The position numbers were made by a program, and so were the translations under genes. Shown here in pieces: positions 9,594 to 19,916 of a stretch of DNA of 64,000 nucleotides. Within the stretch, counting starts at the first letter, position 1. Every line of letters begins with the position of its first letter. Source of the DNA: Candidatus Omnitrophota bacterium. Lineage in GTDB: Bacteria > Omnitrophota > Gorgyraeia > Gygaellales > Profunditerraquicolaceae. The notes under the pieces were generated by a model, which worked only from the letters and a program-made list of their open reading frames with translations, was not told where the DNA came from and ran no database searches. The stretch covers positions 99,682 to 163,681 of the forward strand of contig JBAZKL010000003.1 of assembly GCA_041650835.1 (NCBI GenBank), written 5' to 3'.

Positions 9594-10474
9594 TTACTCA
9601 CCCGCGACCAGACCGCCGCCTTATTTAAAATAACGCGTTTATTCGTCACCTGGTTATTGAACTCAACACTCGAAAAATCGCGGAAATTATAGATCTTGAC
9701 CGTCGCGACTGCCACATCAACTATTTCTTTATCGATATCGGCATTTTTGTCGACTTCCGGTTTTTGGAATTTAAGCCTGATACGGTGTTCGATCTGCCAG
9801 GAGATAAACTCATCTAAAGTAATGTTCTTATAACGCAGGTATTTACCTTTTTTATCACCGATGGCTTCAGGGGCGATCGCTGTATTCTGAATGACCCTAT
9901 GCTGATATTCCCCCCAGGAAATAAATCCATAGGATACTTTTTTTAGATCCAAATAGTAAAATGTCTCGCGCATCTCAATACCGTTCTTTATATCGGCGGT
10001 GACAATGCAAAAGAACCTGGGCTCTTCCTGACGGCTGCGGTCCATGCTGAAAAGCACCCTTCGCAGCACCATCCAGAGATTGTTCATTTTTTCCAGGATA
10101 TCTTTTTTATATTTATATTCCTGGCTCTTCTCTTCTTCTTTCTTAAGCTTTATCTGATACTCGAGCTTTAAGGTGCTGCCGGAGAACTCATTATGATTAT
10201 TTAAGATCTCGAATTTCTCCGTATATTTATCCGGCTTATCGGACTTTTCAAAGATATTTTCTACCGGCATATAGATCCATAACGTCGAACCGACTTGCCT
10301 GACCTTAATCTCGATCTTATAATCGTTCAGGGCAATATTGGTTATCGCAGGCACGATATCATCGTAAAGGGGAGGGACAACGGGGGCAGAACAGCCGCAC
10401 AGAAAGATCAATATGATGAAGAGGTTAAGGCCTTTTCTTGCCAAATTCGTTAAAAATAGCCTCGATTTCATCAT
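9590..10474 (-). CDS. Hypothetical lipoprotein
   Basis: 294 aa, with a signal peptide and lipobox (LIFLCGCSAP) and a K/E-rich body. No recognisable family. The start overlaps the ftsH 3' end by ~50 nt; an in-frame TTG at 10444 would give a cleaner signal peptide (ARKGLNLFIILIFLCGC). Confidence 0.5.
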   Translation of the reverse strand: MMKSRLFLTNLARKGLNLFIILIFLCGCSAPVVPPLYDDIVPAITNIALNDYKIEIKVRQVGSTLWIYMPVENIFEKSDKPDKYTEKFEILNNHNEFSGSTLKLEYQIKLKKEEEKSQEYKYKKDILEKMNNLWMVLRRVLFSMDRSRQEEPRFFCIVTADIKNGIEMRETFYYLDLKKVSYGFISWGEYQHRVIQNTAIAPEAIGDKKGKYLRYKNITLDEFISWQIEHRIRLKFQKPEVDKNADIDKEIVDVAVATVKIYNFRDFSSVEFNNQVTNKRVILNKAAVWSRVSN

Positions 10475-12083
10475 AATTAAGCTCTTCCTTTGCGACTAAT
10501 TCTTTGGCTAAACGCTCTAAAAGAAGCTCTTCTTTTTTCAGGAGCGCGTCAACTTCTTTCAAACAACTCTGTAATATTTCCTGGACATCGTTATCCAGCC
10601 GCAGCTTCATTTCACTCGATATGAACCAGTCGCCGTCAATGCCGTAAAAATTACCGATGATGCCTGACTTACCCATACCCCAGCGCCAGACCATATTATG
10701 AGCGATATACATCGCTTCGCGGAAATCCATATCGACACCCGCGGTCGTCGTGCCTAATTTCAGCCTTTCAGCGGCATACGAGCCCACGCAGGTCTTGATC
10801 TCGCTTAAAAGTTTATTCTTATCGCGGATAAAGATCTCTTCTTTTTCCGGCGTCCAGGTAACCCCTCCGGTATGGCCGCGAGGGGTAATCGTGATCTTAA
10901 AAACATCCTGCGTGGGAACCAAAAGGTAGGTAACGATCGCGTGGCCCGCCTCATGATAAGCAGTCTGCAGTTTTTCTTCATCGCGCACCTTGATCCGCCG
11001 CTTAATGCCTAAAGCGATGCGCTCCCGTGCCTCATCGATCTCCTTCATGGATATTAACGCTTTATCATTTCTGACCGCGATCAAGGCCGCTTCACGCACA
11101 ATATTGGAGATATCCGCGGGAGTCTGCCCCACGGTGATCCGCGCCAAACGGTCGATCTTAATGCTCTCGGCGTCATATTGCACGCTCTTAAGGTAATAAC
11201 TGAACAGCTTTTGGCGGTCGTCGAGGTTCGGCTTATCGACATAGATCTTACGGTCGAACCTGCCCGGGCGCAACAATGCCGCGTCAAGAAAACGTTCAGA
11301 CATGTTCGTTGCGCCGATGACGACCACATTCGTATCTTTTTCTTTCAAGCCATCCATTTCAACCAACAGCTGATTCAAAGTCGTATTAGTCTCTGTTTGG
11401 CCGCCAAAACCGGTATCATTCGAGCGCTGCGCGCCGACAGCGTCTATTTCGTCGATAAAAATGATACATCCCCCTTCAAGAGAGGCGAGCTGCCGCGCCC
11501 TTTGGAAAAGGCTGCGGATACGCCCGGCGCCCACACCGACAAACATTTCCACGAATTCAGAACCCGACATGGCGATAAAAGGGATCTTTGCCTCGGTCGC
11601 GATGGCCTTGGCAAGATAGGTCTTGCCGCAGCCGGGGGCCCCCAGCATAAGGATCCCGCGCAGGATCTTACCGCCGATACGCTGCAATTGAGCGCGGTCA
11701 AGAATAAGCTTAACGACTTCCAAAGCCTCCTGCTTTGCTTCATCCATCCCGATAACATCATCCCAATGGATCCCGATACTCGCGCCCGATGTCGATTTCT
11801 TGGAAACATGGGTAAATGACTGCCCGCCTTTTTTATAAAACATCCAATACATCATAAAAACATAGACCGCGCCCTGGACAATGCCCATGACCCCCCAGAT
11901 AAACATCTGGAGCGGGGCGGTTGCCAGCTGTGACTGGCGAAGATAGGGGTCGGCAGTACGCCATTCACGCAAACCGCTGACAATGATCATGCATAAAATA
12001 ACGAATATGATGGTGATGAAAATAACGACAACACCACGCAGCCAATAAAGCTTCAAATAGAATTTTATCTTTTTCCAATTCAT
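10425..12083 (-). CDS. ftsH: ATP-dependent zinc metalloprotease FtsH (AAA+ ATPase plus M41 peptidase)
   Basis: 552 aa with an N-terminal TM. Walker A is GAPGCGKT, Walker B is IIFIDEIDA, the SRH region is present, and the zinc-binding motif is HEAGHAIV. Confidence 0.85.
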   Translation of the reverse strand: MNWKKIKFYLKLYWLRGVVVIFITIIFVILCMIIVSGLREWRTADPYLRQSQLATAPLQMFIWGVMGIVQGAVYVFMMYWMFYKKGGQSFTHVSKKSTSGASIGIHWDDVIGMDEAKQEALEVVKLILDRAQLQRIGGKILRGILMLGAPGCGKTYLAKAIATEAKIPFIAMSGSEFVEMFVGVGAGRIRSLFQRARQLASLEGGCIIFIDEIDAVGAQRSNDTGFGGQTETNTTLNQLLVEMDGLKEKDTNVVVIGATNMSERFLDAALLRPGRFDRKIYVDKPNLDDRQKLFSYYLKSVQYDAESIKIDRLARITVGQTPADISNIVREAALIAVRNDKALISMKEIDEARERIALGIKRRIKVRDEEKLQTAYHEAGHAIVTYLLVPTQDVFKITITPRGHTGGVTWTPEKEEIFIRDKNKLLSEIKTCVGSYAAERLKLGTTTAGVDMDFREAMYIAHNMVWRWGMGKSGIIGNFYGIDGDWFISSEMKLRLDNDVQEILQSCLKEVDALLKKEELLLERLAKELVAKEELNYDEIEAIFNEFGKKRP

Positions 12084-12233
12084 AGTAACTCCCTTTAGAG
12101 AAATAAGATATCACAAGAGCATACATAAGTCAAATTTTATTTTCTTGACCGCGGACATATTGCGTGTTATAATTCTTTTCCTGTTGAAACAAAGATGATT
12201 CTATCCCGGGCAATACATAGTTATACGCGATAA

Positions 12234-13514
<1,281 letters not shown>

Positions 13515-13517
13515 TAC

Positions 13518-13790
13518 ATGTTATTAAAGAAGACCTTGTACCTCTGGGGGGGAATACTTCTGGTATTAGTCATCTTTCTTCCCGGATATACAAAACTGCA
13601 AGAACTCAGAGAAAGAAATCTTGATCTGGAAGGAAAGATTAAACGTTTGGCCACAGAAAACACTTTCCTCCAAAAAGAAATAAAGCGGATCGAAAACGAT
13701 TCCTTCTATCAAGAAAAGATCATCCGGGAAAAAATGGGGGTTGTCCGTAAGAATGAAGTCCCTGTCCGGATAATCCCTCAAGATGAATAA
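13518..13790 (+). CDS. ftsB: Septum formation initiator FtsB/DivIC-like
   Basis: 90 aa with one TM followed by a coiled coil (LQELRERNLDLEGKIKRLATENTFLQKEIKRIEND). It sits immediately downstream of eno, a conserved arrangement. Confidence 0.7.
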   Translation: MLLKKTLYLWGGILLVLVIFLPGYTKLQELRERNLDLEGKIKRLATENTFLQKEIKRIENDSFYQEKIIREKMGVVRKNEVPVRIIPQDE

Positions 13791-13795
13791 ATGAT

Positions 13796-13872
13796 CGCGG
13801 GGTGGAGCAGCCTGGTAGCTCGTTAGGCTCATAACCTAAAGGTCAGAGGTTCAAATCCTCTCCCCGCAACCA
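13796..13872 (+). tRNA. Initiator-like tRNA-Met (anticodon CAU), with CCA encoded
   Basis: CGCGGGGTGGAGCAGCCTGGTAGCTCGTTAGGCTCATAACCTAAAGGTCAGAGGTTCAAATCCTCTCCCCGCAACCA. It is near-identical in its arms to E. coli tRNA-fMet, with the C1:A72 acceptor mismatch, A73 discriminator, anticodon CAT and encoded 3' CCA. Confidence 0.85.
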
Positions 13873-13883
13873 GTATAAAAAGA

Positions 13884-13925
13884 AAGCGAAGATCCTAGAA
13901 AATAGAGTCTTCGCTTTTTTGTTTG
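13884..13925 (+). terminator. Rho-independent terminator after ftsB and tRNA-fMet
   Basis: An 8-bp stem (AGCGAAGA...TCTTCGCT, 13885-13892 / 13908-13915) is followed by TTTTTTGTTTG. Confidence 0.6.
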
Positions 13926-13973
13926 CCCGGAGGCATCGCGGTTATTCACCTCATAAGCCCTCCCCACCCCCGC

Positions 13974-15530
13974 TTAATAAAGCTGAAAAACCTTAAATCC
14001 GCGCTTGGCGCCAAAGTGCTTCTCGAATACAACCCTGCCAAGCCTCCCTAAAGCTGCATAAAAATCTTTAATAGAGCGGTCTTCCTCATGCGGGCTTTTC
14101 TGCACATATTCCGGATTCCTGTCGAATATGACCGCGTAATCGATTTCCTTATTAACTATTAAACCCGCCCGGTAATTCGCTCGATTCCGTAAGTTGGCGA
14201 ATAAAAAAGTAGAATTTATTATAGGATATTTTTCCCCAAGGACCTCCCTGAATACCCGCGACATCCGGTTGTTATCACAAGCTATTGGTATTAAAGGAGC
14301 GGACTCTGTTTCAATGAATACTCTTGAATTCATAAGCATATGGGTCTGCATCCAGGTTAAAAGGGCAACACTCGGAGGCTCCGGCTCAAGAACGCGTTGT
14401 TGCCTCAGCCGATGATCATGAAGGAACATCTGCCCGCAAGCAAGGACAAAGAATATCACGGGTATCAGGGGCCATTTTTTGCTTCTGCTGCAAAAGCCCC
14501 CGACAATAATACACATAAAGACAAAAACAGGCAATATAAACCTGTCGAATTTTGAGACCACAAAGAACTGAAAAATAACAAAATATACCAAAGGAAAAAC
14601 AAGCGCTATCCTTTCTTTTGCCTTTCCCCGGAATATAAAAACAATAGTGGATACAATACAAAGCAGCGCGAAGATAAATCCTTGATTAAAGAATTTATAA
14701 TAATAGAAGTTGCTCCCCGCGCTGCCCGGATGCACCTGAAAGCTAAGGCCTGATTGATAGAAAAAATCCGCCTTAAACGCATCGGCCTCCAACACAATAA
14801 ACGGGGAAGTCAATAAAAAAACAGCGAGCGCAAGGCTCATCGAGTAGATCAAAAGCACGTTTTCGTTAAACTCCAAACCTTGAGCTTTATTCTTATTTCT
14901 GATCCTCAACACATGCATTGCGGCTAGGGCAAAAAACAAAACCGCTCCGTTATAATTGGTAGAAAGCGCCAATCCGGTCGTAACCCCGCTCCAAATATAA
15001 TACTTAAGTTCACCCGTCTCATAAAGACGGTATAAAAAGTAGAACGCGAAGAGCAGAAAAAAAACAAAAACACTGTCAACCCGTATCTGATTTGAATATT
15101 GAATATGCAACGGCAAGAGGCAGCATAAAAGCGCGGAGAACAATCCCGCTTTCGTATCCCAGATCATCCTAGCGATCTTATAAACGGCCACGATGCTTAA
15201 AGTACCGAACATGACCGGGACTAAACGCAGATAAAAAGCGACTAATCCCTCATGTTCAAGAAAAAGCCTTACCAGAATGCTTAGCGGCGCTGATCCGGCA
15301 AAGAAAAGTTTATATACGATGAACGGGGCAAGGAGGAAGCTTGCGGATATATAATAAAAAAGGCCCGGATGTATAAAATAATGGGGGTTTCCCTGCTCAA
15401 AGATAAGCATCAATATCCGGGTGATATTATCCCACTCCCCCTGTTCAGCCACGACGGCAGCGGAGGAATTTACAATTCTCAGATATAAACCCAGGATAAC
15501 TATTGCCAATAAGAGAAATGACCTCTTCAT
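13974..15530 (-). CDS. GT-C fold membrane glycosyltransferase (GT39 / ArnT-PMT-like)
   Basis: 518 aa with more than 10 predicted TM helices. The N-terminal region carries the acidic loop typical of GT39/GT83 dolichyl- or undecaprenyl-phosphate sugar transferases. The family call rests on architecture rather than alignment. Confidence 0.6.
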   Translation of the reverse strand: MKRSFLLLAIVILGLYLRIVNSSAAVVAEQGEWDNITRILMLIFEQGNPHYFIHPGLFYYISASFLLAPFIVYKLFFAGSAPLSILVRLFLEHEGLVAFYLRLVPVMFGTLSIVAVYKIARMIWDTKAGLFSALLCCLLPLHIQYSNQIRVDSVFVFFLLFAFYFLYRLYETGELKYYIWSGVTTGLALSTNYNGAVLFFALAAMHVLRIRNKNKAQGLEFNENVLLIYSMSLALAVFLLTSPFIVLEADAFKADFFYQSGLSFQVHPGSAGSNFYYYKFFNQGFIFALLCIVSTIVFIFRGKAKERIALVFPLVYFVIFQFFVVSKFDRFILPVFVFMCIIVGGFCSRSKKWPLIPVIFFVLACGQMFLHDHRLRQQRVLEPEPPSVALLTWMQTHMLMNSRVFIETESAPLIPIACDNNRMSRVFREVLGEKYPIINSTFLFANLRNRANYRAGLIVNKEIDYAVIFDRNPEYVQKSPHEEDRSIKDFYAALGRLGRVVFEKHFGAKRGFKVFQLY

Positions 15531-15603
15531 ACGGAATTATGCGGGGAATGTGTTGAGAGCTTCTTAATAGGATGAACTCCGCTTTTAGAGAACGCAGCAG
15601 GGC

Positions 15604-17253
15604 CTAATTTATATCGACAATAGCAAAGTTGCGGTCAATGATACCGCTTGCGGTAACCGCGACGGCATTGATCAGCTTGGGCCCAAGTTCATTGTAAGAG
15701 GTTTGAAAAGAAGCTTGGTCGGAAGCAGGCAATTCTTTACCGAGATCACCCGACCAAAGGTACTCAACGGAAACCTGCATACAACCGCTTTCCGATAAAA
15801 ACGGCATAGCGCTGACTGCCACCAAATGATCTTTACCGGCTGTTTGCGGCAAAGCTTTTAATTCTAACTTATTCATTTCAAAGTTCTCATACCCTTGCTT
15901 TAATGACGTATCGAGAAATGTTTTCAAATTATATTCAAGAGGCGCCAGTCCCTCCATTTCCTTCATACGCTCATGTATCAAAGCCTGGGTCTGCGGAAAA
16001 TCACCCTTGGCTTTTTCCAGGAAATCAGCGTAATATTTCTTTGCCGCGTCATTTGCCTCTTCCCATTGGCTTAAAAGCCCCAATTGATAGAGACTTGCCA
16101 GGCAATAAGGATTGCCGCCTTCTTTTTGAGCGGCCTTCTGAAGATACTCTCTGCCTGACTTTAAATCCCGCGAAGCATACAAATATATGGCGCCAAGCTT
16201 AAAACATGCTTCATCGACATGCGGGGAATCGGGATACCGCCGGACTAATTCTTCGTAATAGGCCCGCGCTAACGCGTACTCTTTTACTTTCTCAACGTTT
16301 AATGCCCGCGCGTAAAGCGATTCGGCATCAAATATATCTTTACCGCCGATAACAGCGATCTTTTCGAAAACACTTTCAGCATACAATAGATCCTGAATAC
16401 CTTCTTGTGTTGTGTAGGCGAATAAGGAAGCTATCTTTCTTAAAAGCGGGACCGCTTCTTCCTTCGGCATTACATTGGCGATCCTGGTGAAATAGGCGTC
16501 AAACATAAGCTCTGAGAGTTCAATATTGCTTTGTTTATAAAAATCCTGCGCTGCCGCAAGCAGCTCATCTGTTTTCGTAACGGTACGAATCGTTTTTTCC
16601 ACATATACCTTATATAACTCGCGCGATTTGCCTTTCTGGCCGTACGATAACAAGGTATCCGCCGTTTTCCTGATGGAGAGCATGTCTTGCGCCCCTTGAG
16701 CGTAGGCGACGGCATCATTCATCAATTCCACAAGCGCCTGTTCATGGAACGCATCCTGCTGGTCATAATGGAATTGCCAGAGGACCAGGCGGGAATAAAC
16801 CCTCAGGGGATCATTGGGGGAACTCGCCTCAATGGCTTTCTGCGCGCCCGCCATGATATCTTCCCGGTAGGTATTGCCTTGGCTGAAATATTCATCCCAG
16901 GAGAGCGTTTCTTCGAGGTATTTCAGTTGTTGATAACGGATGAAAGCGATATAATAATTGATAAACACATCAAGTGACTGTTTTTTCTGGGCTAAGGACC
17001 TTAACAATTCGACACAATCTGAATATTTACGGCTCTGGGCGTATTGGCCTGTTAAGGCCTCAAAACTGAGAGTGAGGCTCTCCTGGGTTTGAGCGTCCAT
17101 TATCTCTTTTGTCAGGGCCACCGTCGTATCATTCTGCTGAGCGCGCGCGGGTTGCGCGATCAGTAAAACACAAACCCACAAAATACAGATAACGTTACCT
17201 GGCCATGCCCGTACAATGAACCTTTGCCGTGAATCTAAATTATATTTTTTCAT
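15604..17253 (-). CDS. Secreted TPR-repeat protein
   Basis: 549 aa with a signal peptide and multiple TPR-like helical repeats (e.g. YARALNVEKVKEYALARAYYEELVRRYPDSPHVDEACFKLGAIYLY). Its start overlaps the upstream GH gene by 4 bp. Confidence 0.5.
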   Translation of the reverse strand: MKKYNLDSRQRFIVRAWPGNVICILWVCVLLIAQPARAQQNDTTVALTKEIMDAQTQESLTLSFEALTGQYAQSRKYSDCVELLRSLAQKKQSLDVFINYYIAFIRYQQLKYLEETLSWDEYFSQGNTYREDIMAGAQKAIEASSPNDPLRVYSRLVLWQFHYDQQDAFHEQALVELMNDAVAYAQGAQDMLSIRKTADTLLSYGQKGKSRELYKVYVEKTIRTVTKTDELLAAAQDFYKQSNIELSELMFDAYFTRIANVMPKEEAVPLLRKIASLFAYTTQEGIQDLLYAESVFEKIAVIGGKDIFDAESLYARALNVEKVKEYALARAYYEELVRRYPDSPHVDEACFKLGAIYLYASRDLKSGREYLQKAAQKEGGNPYCLASLYQLGLLSQWEEANDAAKKYYADFLEKAKGDFPQTQALIHERMKEMEGLAPLEYNLKTFLDTSLKQGYENFEMNKLELKALPQTAGKDHLVAVSAMPFLSESGCMQVSVEYLWSGDLGKELPASDQASFQTSYNELGPKLINAVAVTASGIIDRNFAIVDIN

Positions 17254-18533
17254 TTTGCCTTTTTCCCCCGGATACTTTTAACATCAAGAACAGGTTTCTT
17301 CCAGAATTCGCGGATAACATAATATGCCTTCCGCGGTACCCGCTTGTCCAAGCCGTATTCTTTCTCTTCGGAAGACAAAGCGACAATACCAAACCACTCT
17401 TCATTCATATTCATATTTTTTTCCGCTTTAATGTCAAAATAATAGCTGCCGTTCGACCAGTTTGATTCCGTATCATGCGCGCCCCATCCGTCGGGGCTGT
17501 ATTCATTATGCTTCCACCACTCATCATTCCACTCGAACATGGTCCCGCCCAAACAATTCCCCGGGCCTTCATGGCTCTTTGCCAAATTCTGGTAAATCTG
17601 CCGCCACTGGGACTCCAGGAAGAACGCCTGCATATTCTGGTCTTCTTTCTTCTGAAAAGCGTCATAACAATCCGCGCCGAATTCCGAGAGAAAAAGCGGT
17701 TTATCGAAAGTCAATTTCAACGAATTGAATAAATTCCCGAATGTCTTGCCTCGGTAAATGATACAAGCGACTAAATCCACCTCCCGGCAGACTTCGTTAG
17801 CAACCTCTAAGCCGATAAGCTCCCCATTGCCTAAGGCTACCGGGTGGTTCGGGTCTATCGCGTGTATCTCTTTTGCCAATTCATTCACGAAAGAATAATA
17901 GATCCGCGCGCGCATATTCTTTTGTTTCTGAGGATCGGGCTCTTTATCGATCTCATCATTCGACCAGGGATGCACGAGGTTCAGGCATGAATAATTATTT
18001 TCATTTCCTAAAACCCACATCAGGATCCCCGGCTCAGACTTATACGCGTTTACCATTTCCAGGACTTCCTTTTTTACTTTGTCCTGGAACGCCTGATCGC
18101 CATAAAACGGACAAGGGTATTCCCAAAAACCCAGCCAATGCCCCATAACCGAACGGATCCCATATTGCTCATAAAGGTCGTTCATAACAGCCTTGACCGA
18201 TTCAGGATTCTCTCCCGGCTGATAAAACCTGACGGTATTGACGCCCATATCCTTCATAAGCTTCCCGTCGGTAATCCAGGGTTTATACTCACTGGACCAC
18301 CAATCAAAACTATGGGTTTCTCCAAGAGGGATAGGATTATAACAGACCCCCTTGATCACGTAGGGCTTCTTATTGACTATCAATTGATAATGGCCGTTTT
18401 TAAACTGCTTTATATAGACACGGGGAATGGCTTTAGCGCTCATTCCCATTAAGAAAAGAGAAGAAATGATTAAGACGTAATAAAGTATATTTTGCTTTTT
18501 CATTATGATTTGCAGGAATTGTTTAAAAAACAC
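17250..18533 (-). CDS. Secreted clan GH-A (beta/alpha)8 glycoside hydrolase, family unassigned
   Basis: 427 aa with a signal peptide. It has a TIM-barrel signature: VNTVRFY, then the acid/base motif MWVLGNENNY, then a downstream nucleophile region (LFLSEFG). It is paralogous to the C-terminal half of 19917..22310. Confidence 0.6.
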   Translation of the reverse strand: MFFKQFLQIIMKKQNILYYVLIISSLFLMGMSAKAIPRVYIKQFKNGHYQLIVNKKPYVIKGVCYNPIPLGETHSFDWWSSEYKPWITDGKLMKDMGVNTVRFYQPGENPESVKAVMNDLYEQYGIRSVMGHWLGFWEYPCPFYGDQAFQDKVKKEVLEMVNAYKSEPGILMWVLGNENNYSCLNLVHPWSNDEIDKEPDPQKQKNMRARIYYSFVNELAKEIHAIDPNHPVALGNGELIGLEVANEVCREVDLVACIIYRGKTFGNLFNSLKLTFDKPLFLSEFGADCYDAFQKKEDQNMQAFFLESQWRQIYQNLAKSHEGPGNCLGGTMFEWNDEWWKHNEYSPDGWGAHDTESNWSNGSYYFDIKAEKNMNMNEEWFGIVALSSEEKEYGLDKRVPRKAYYVIREFWKKPVLDVKSIRGKKAK

Positions 18534-18614
18534 TTGAGTCCGTTATCAAAGTGATAACGGACTCAAGTGAATTAACGCTTTTTTCTCCGGCTATAAGCAG
18601 GAACCGAAGGATTA

Positions 18615-19772
18615 TTATTCGTATTTGAGTTCATCCAGATAAAAGACAGCTCCTTCCGGATTAACATCGATGTTCGTCGCCCAAGCAAACCCGCCGATAA
18701 TAAAAGAAAGGTCTTTGCCTTTTAAATCGATCGTGTATTGCGTCCATTCCTTATTCAGGATAACCGGACCGATACTGGCAGTATCTGAATCAGAGTATTC
18801 TCCCATAATGCCGCCGACTTTAAACTCTTCGATCCTTTCTCCGCCCTTGGCGCCGCGCGCCCAAAAAGTAGCTTTGGTGGCTTTAGAAAGGTCAAATCCA
18901 CCGTCAACGGTGCCCCAATTATTCGCGGGATTCTGCCAATAGATACCTGCCCAACGGGCTCCCTGAGTCGCCTTACCGCTGTACAGGATCTTAATACAGG
19001 TATCGCCTAAATACGGGTCTTCTTTAGAAGCACCGTCATATTTTAGATCGCCGTAATCACCCATCCAGCCCGAAGGAATAAAATGATTATTCGCTGAGGA
19101 CCGGTCTGAGTAAACATAAAACGGCACTGCTTCCTGCTTCTTACTTGCAGGTTTCATGGTAGGATCGGCTTCAAACTTAATATTATCCAGATAAAAAGTG
19201 CAGCCTTCAGGAGAAAGATCGTTTGTCGCGACCCAGCCAAAACCTCCGTTTATATACGAAAGGTCTTTTCCCGCCACATTAACGGTAAATTGTTTCCAGG
19301 TGTCGGTCAATTCAATAGGGCCGAATTCTACCGACGTAGAATCCGGATAGGTCCCTTTAATTCCGCCGACAACAACCTTCTGCAAAACTTCTCCACCCTT
19401 GGCGCCGCGCGCCCAGAAGGTAAGTTTAGTCATACCGGTCAGGTCAAACCCGCCTTTTTTGGTACCCCAGTTATTCGCGGGATTCTGCCAATAAACTCCG
19501 GCCCATCCCTGGCCTTGCGTTTTCTTTGCGGAATAAATGAACTGCAAACAGGTAGTTCCGGAATAAGGCTTATCAGTCGCCTGATCATTAAGCTTAATAT
19601 CGCCGAAATCACCCATCCACCCCGAAGGAACGTAATGATTATCGCGCGCTCCTTTATCCGAATAAATAACAAACTCTTTTACAGCGGCAGCCTTATCGGC
19701 AGCTTTTTCCTGAGCGAAAGCCAAGGATAAGCAGGCACATACCGCCATCACCGTCAGCACCAACTTTTTCAT
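18615..19772 (-). CDS. Secreted protein made of two tandem ~180-aa repeats of one unknown domain (possible carbohydrate-binding module)
   Basis: Start moved to ATG 19772, which follows GGAGGAGAGAT; the track start at 19841 is upstream. The signal peptide is MKKLVLTVMAVCACLSLAFA. Repeat 1 (..PSGWMGDFGD..GWAGVYWQNPANNWGT..FWARGAKGGE..FYLDNIKFE) and repeat 2 (..PSGWMGDYGD..RWAGIYWQNPANNWGT..FWARGAKGGE..FYLDELKYE) are ~55% identical. Confidence 0.6.
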   Translation of the reverse strand: MKKLVLTVMAVCACLSLAFAQEKAADKAAAVKEFVIYSDKGARDNHYVPSGWMGDFGDIKLNDQATDKPYSGTTCLQFIYSAKKTQGQGWAGVYWQNPANNWGTKKGGFDLTGMTKLTFWARGAKGGEVLQKVVVGGIKGTYPDSTSVEFGPIELTDTWKQFTVNVAGKDLSYINGGFGWVATNDLSPEGCTFYLDNIKFEADPTMKPASKKQEAVPFYVYSDRSSANNHFIPSGWMGDYGDLKYDGASKEDPYLGDTCIKILYSGKATQGARWAGIYWQNPANNWGTVDGGFDLSKATKATFWARGAKGGERIEEFKVGGIMGEYSDSDTASIGPVILNKEWTQYTIDLKGKDLSFIIGGFAWATNIDVNPEGAVFYLDELKYE

Positions 19773-19916
19773 ATCTCTCCTCCTTATTAATTGCCGTTCC
19801 CTTAAAAACATATTTGCAAAGGACTTAGGAAGTCCTAACAAAAAACACGGCCGTATAATTTATTTTTAAGTTTTTTTGTTTCGCCTGTTACAACCTCCTT
19901 TCTACCCCCTCGCATA

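Noticed and set aside
11178-11819. 213-aa plus-strand ORF nested in ftsH; 121-aa and 82-aa minus-strand alternative-frame ORFs in the same region.
   Set aside because: Fully nested in a well-supported FtsH gene. Arg-rich composition typical of out-of-frame translation.
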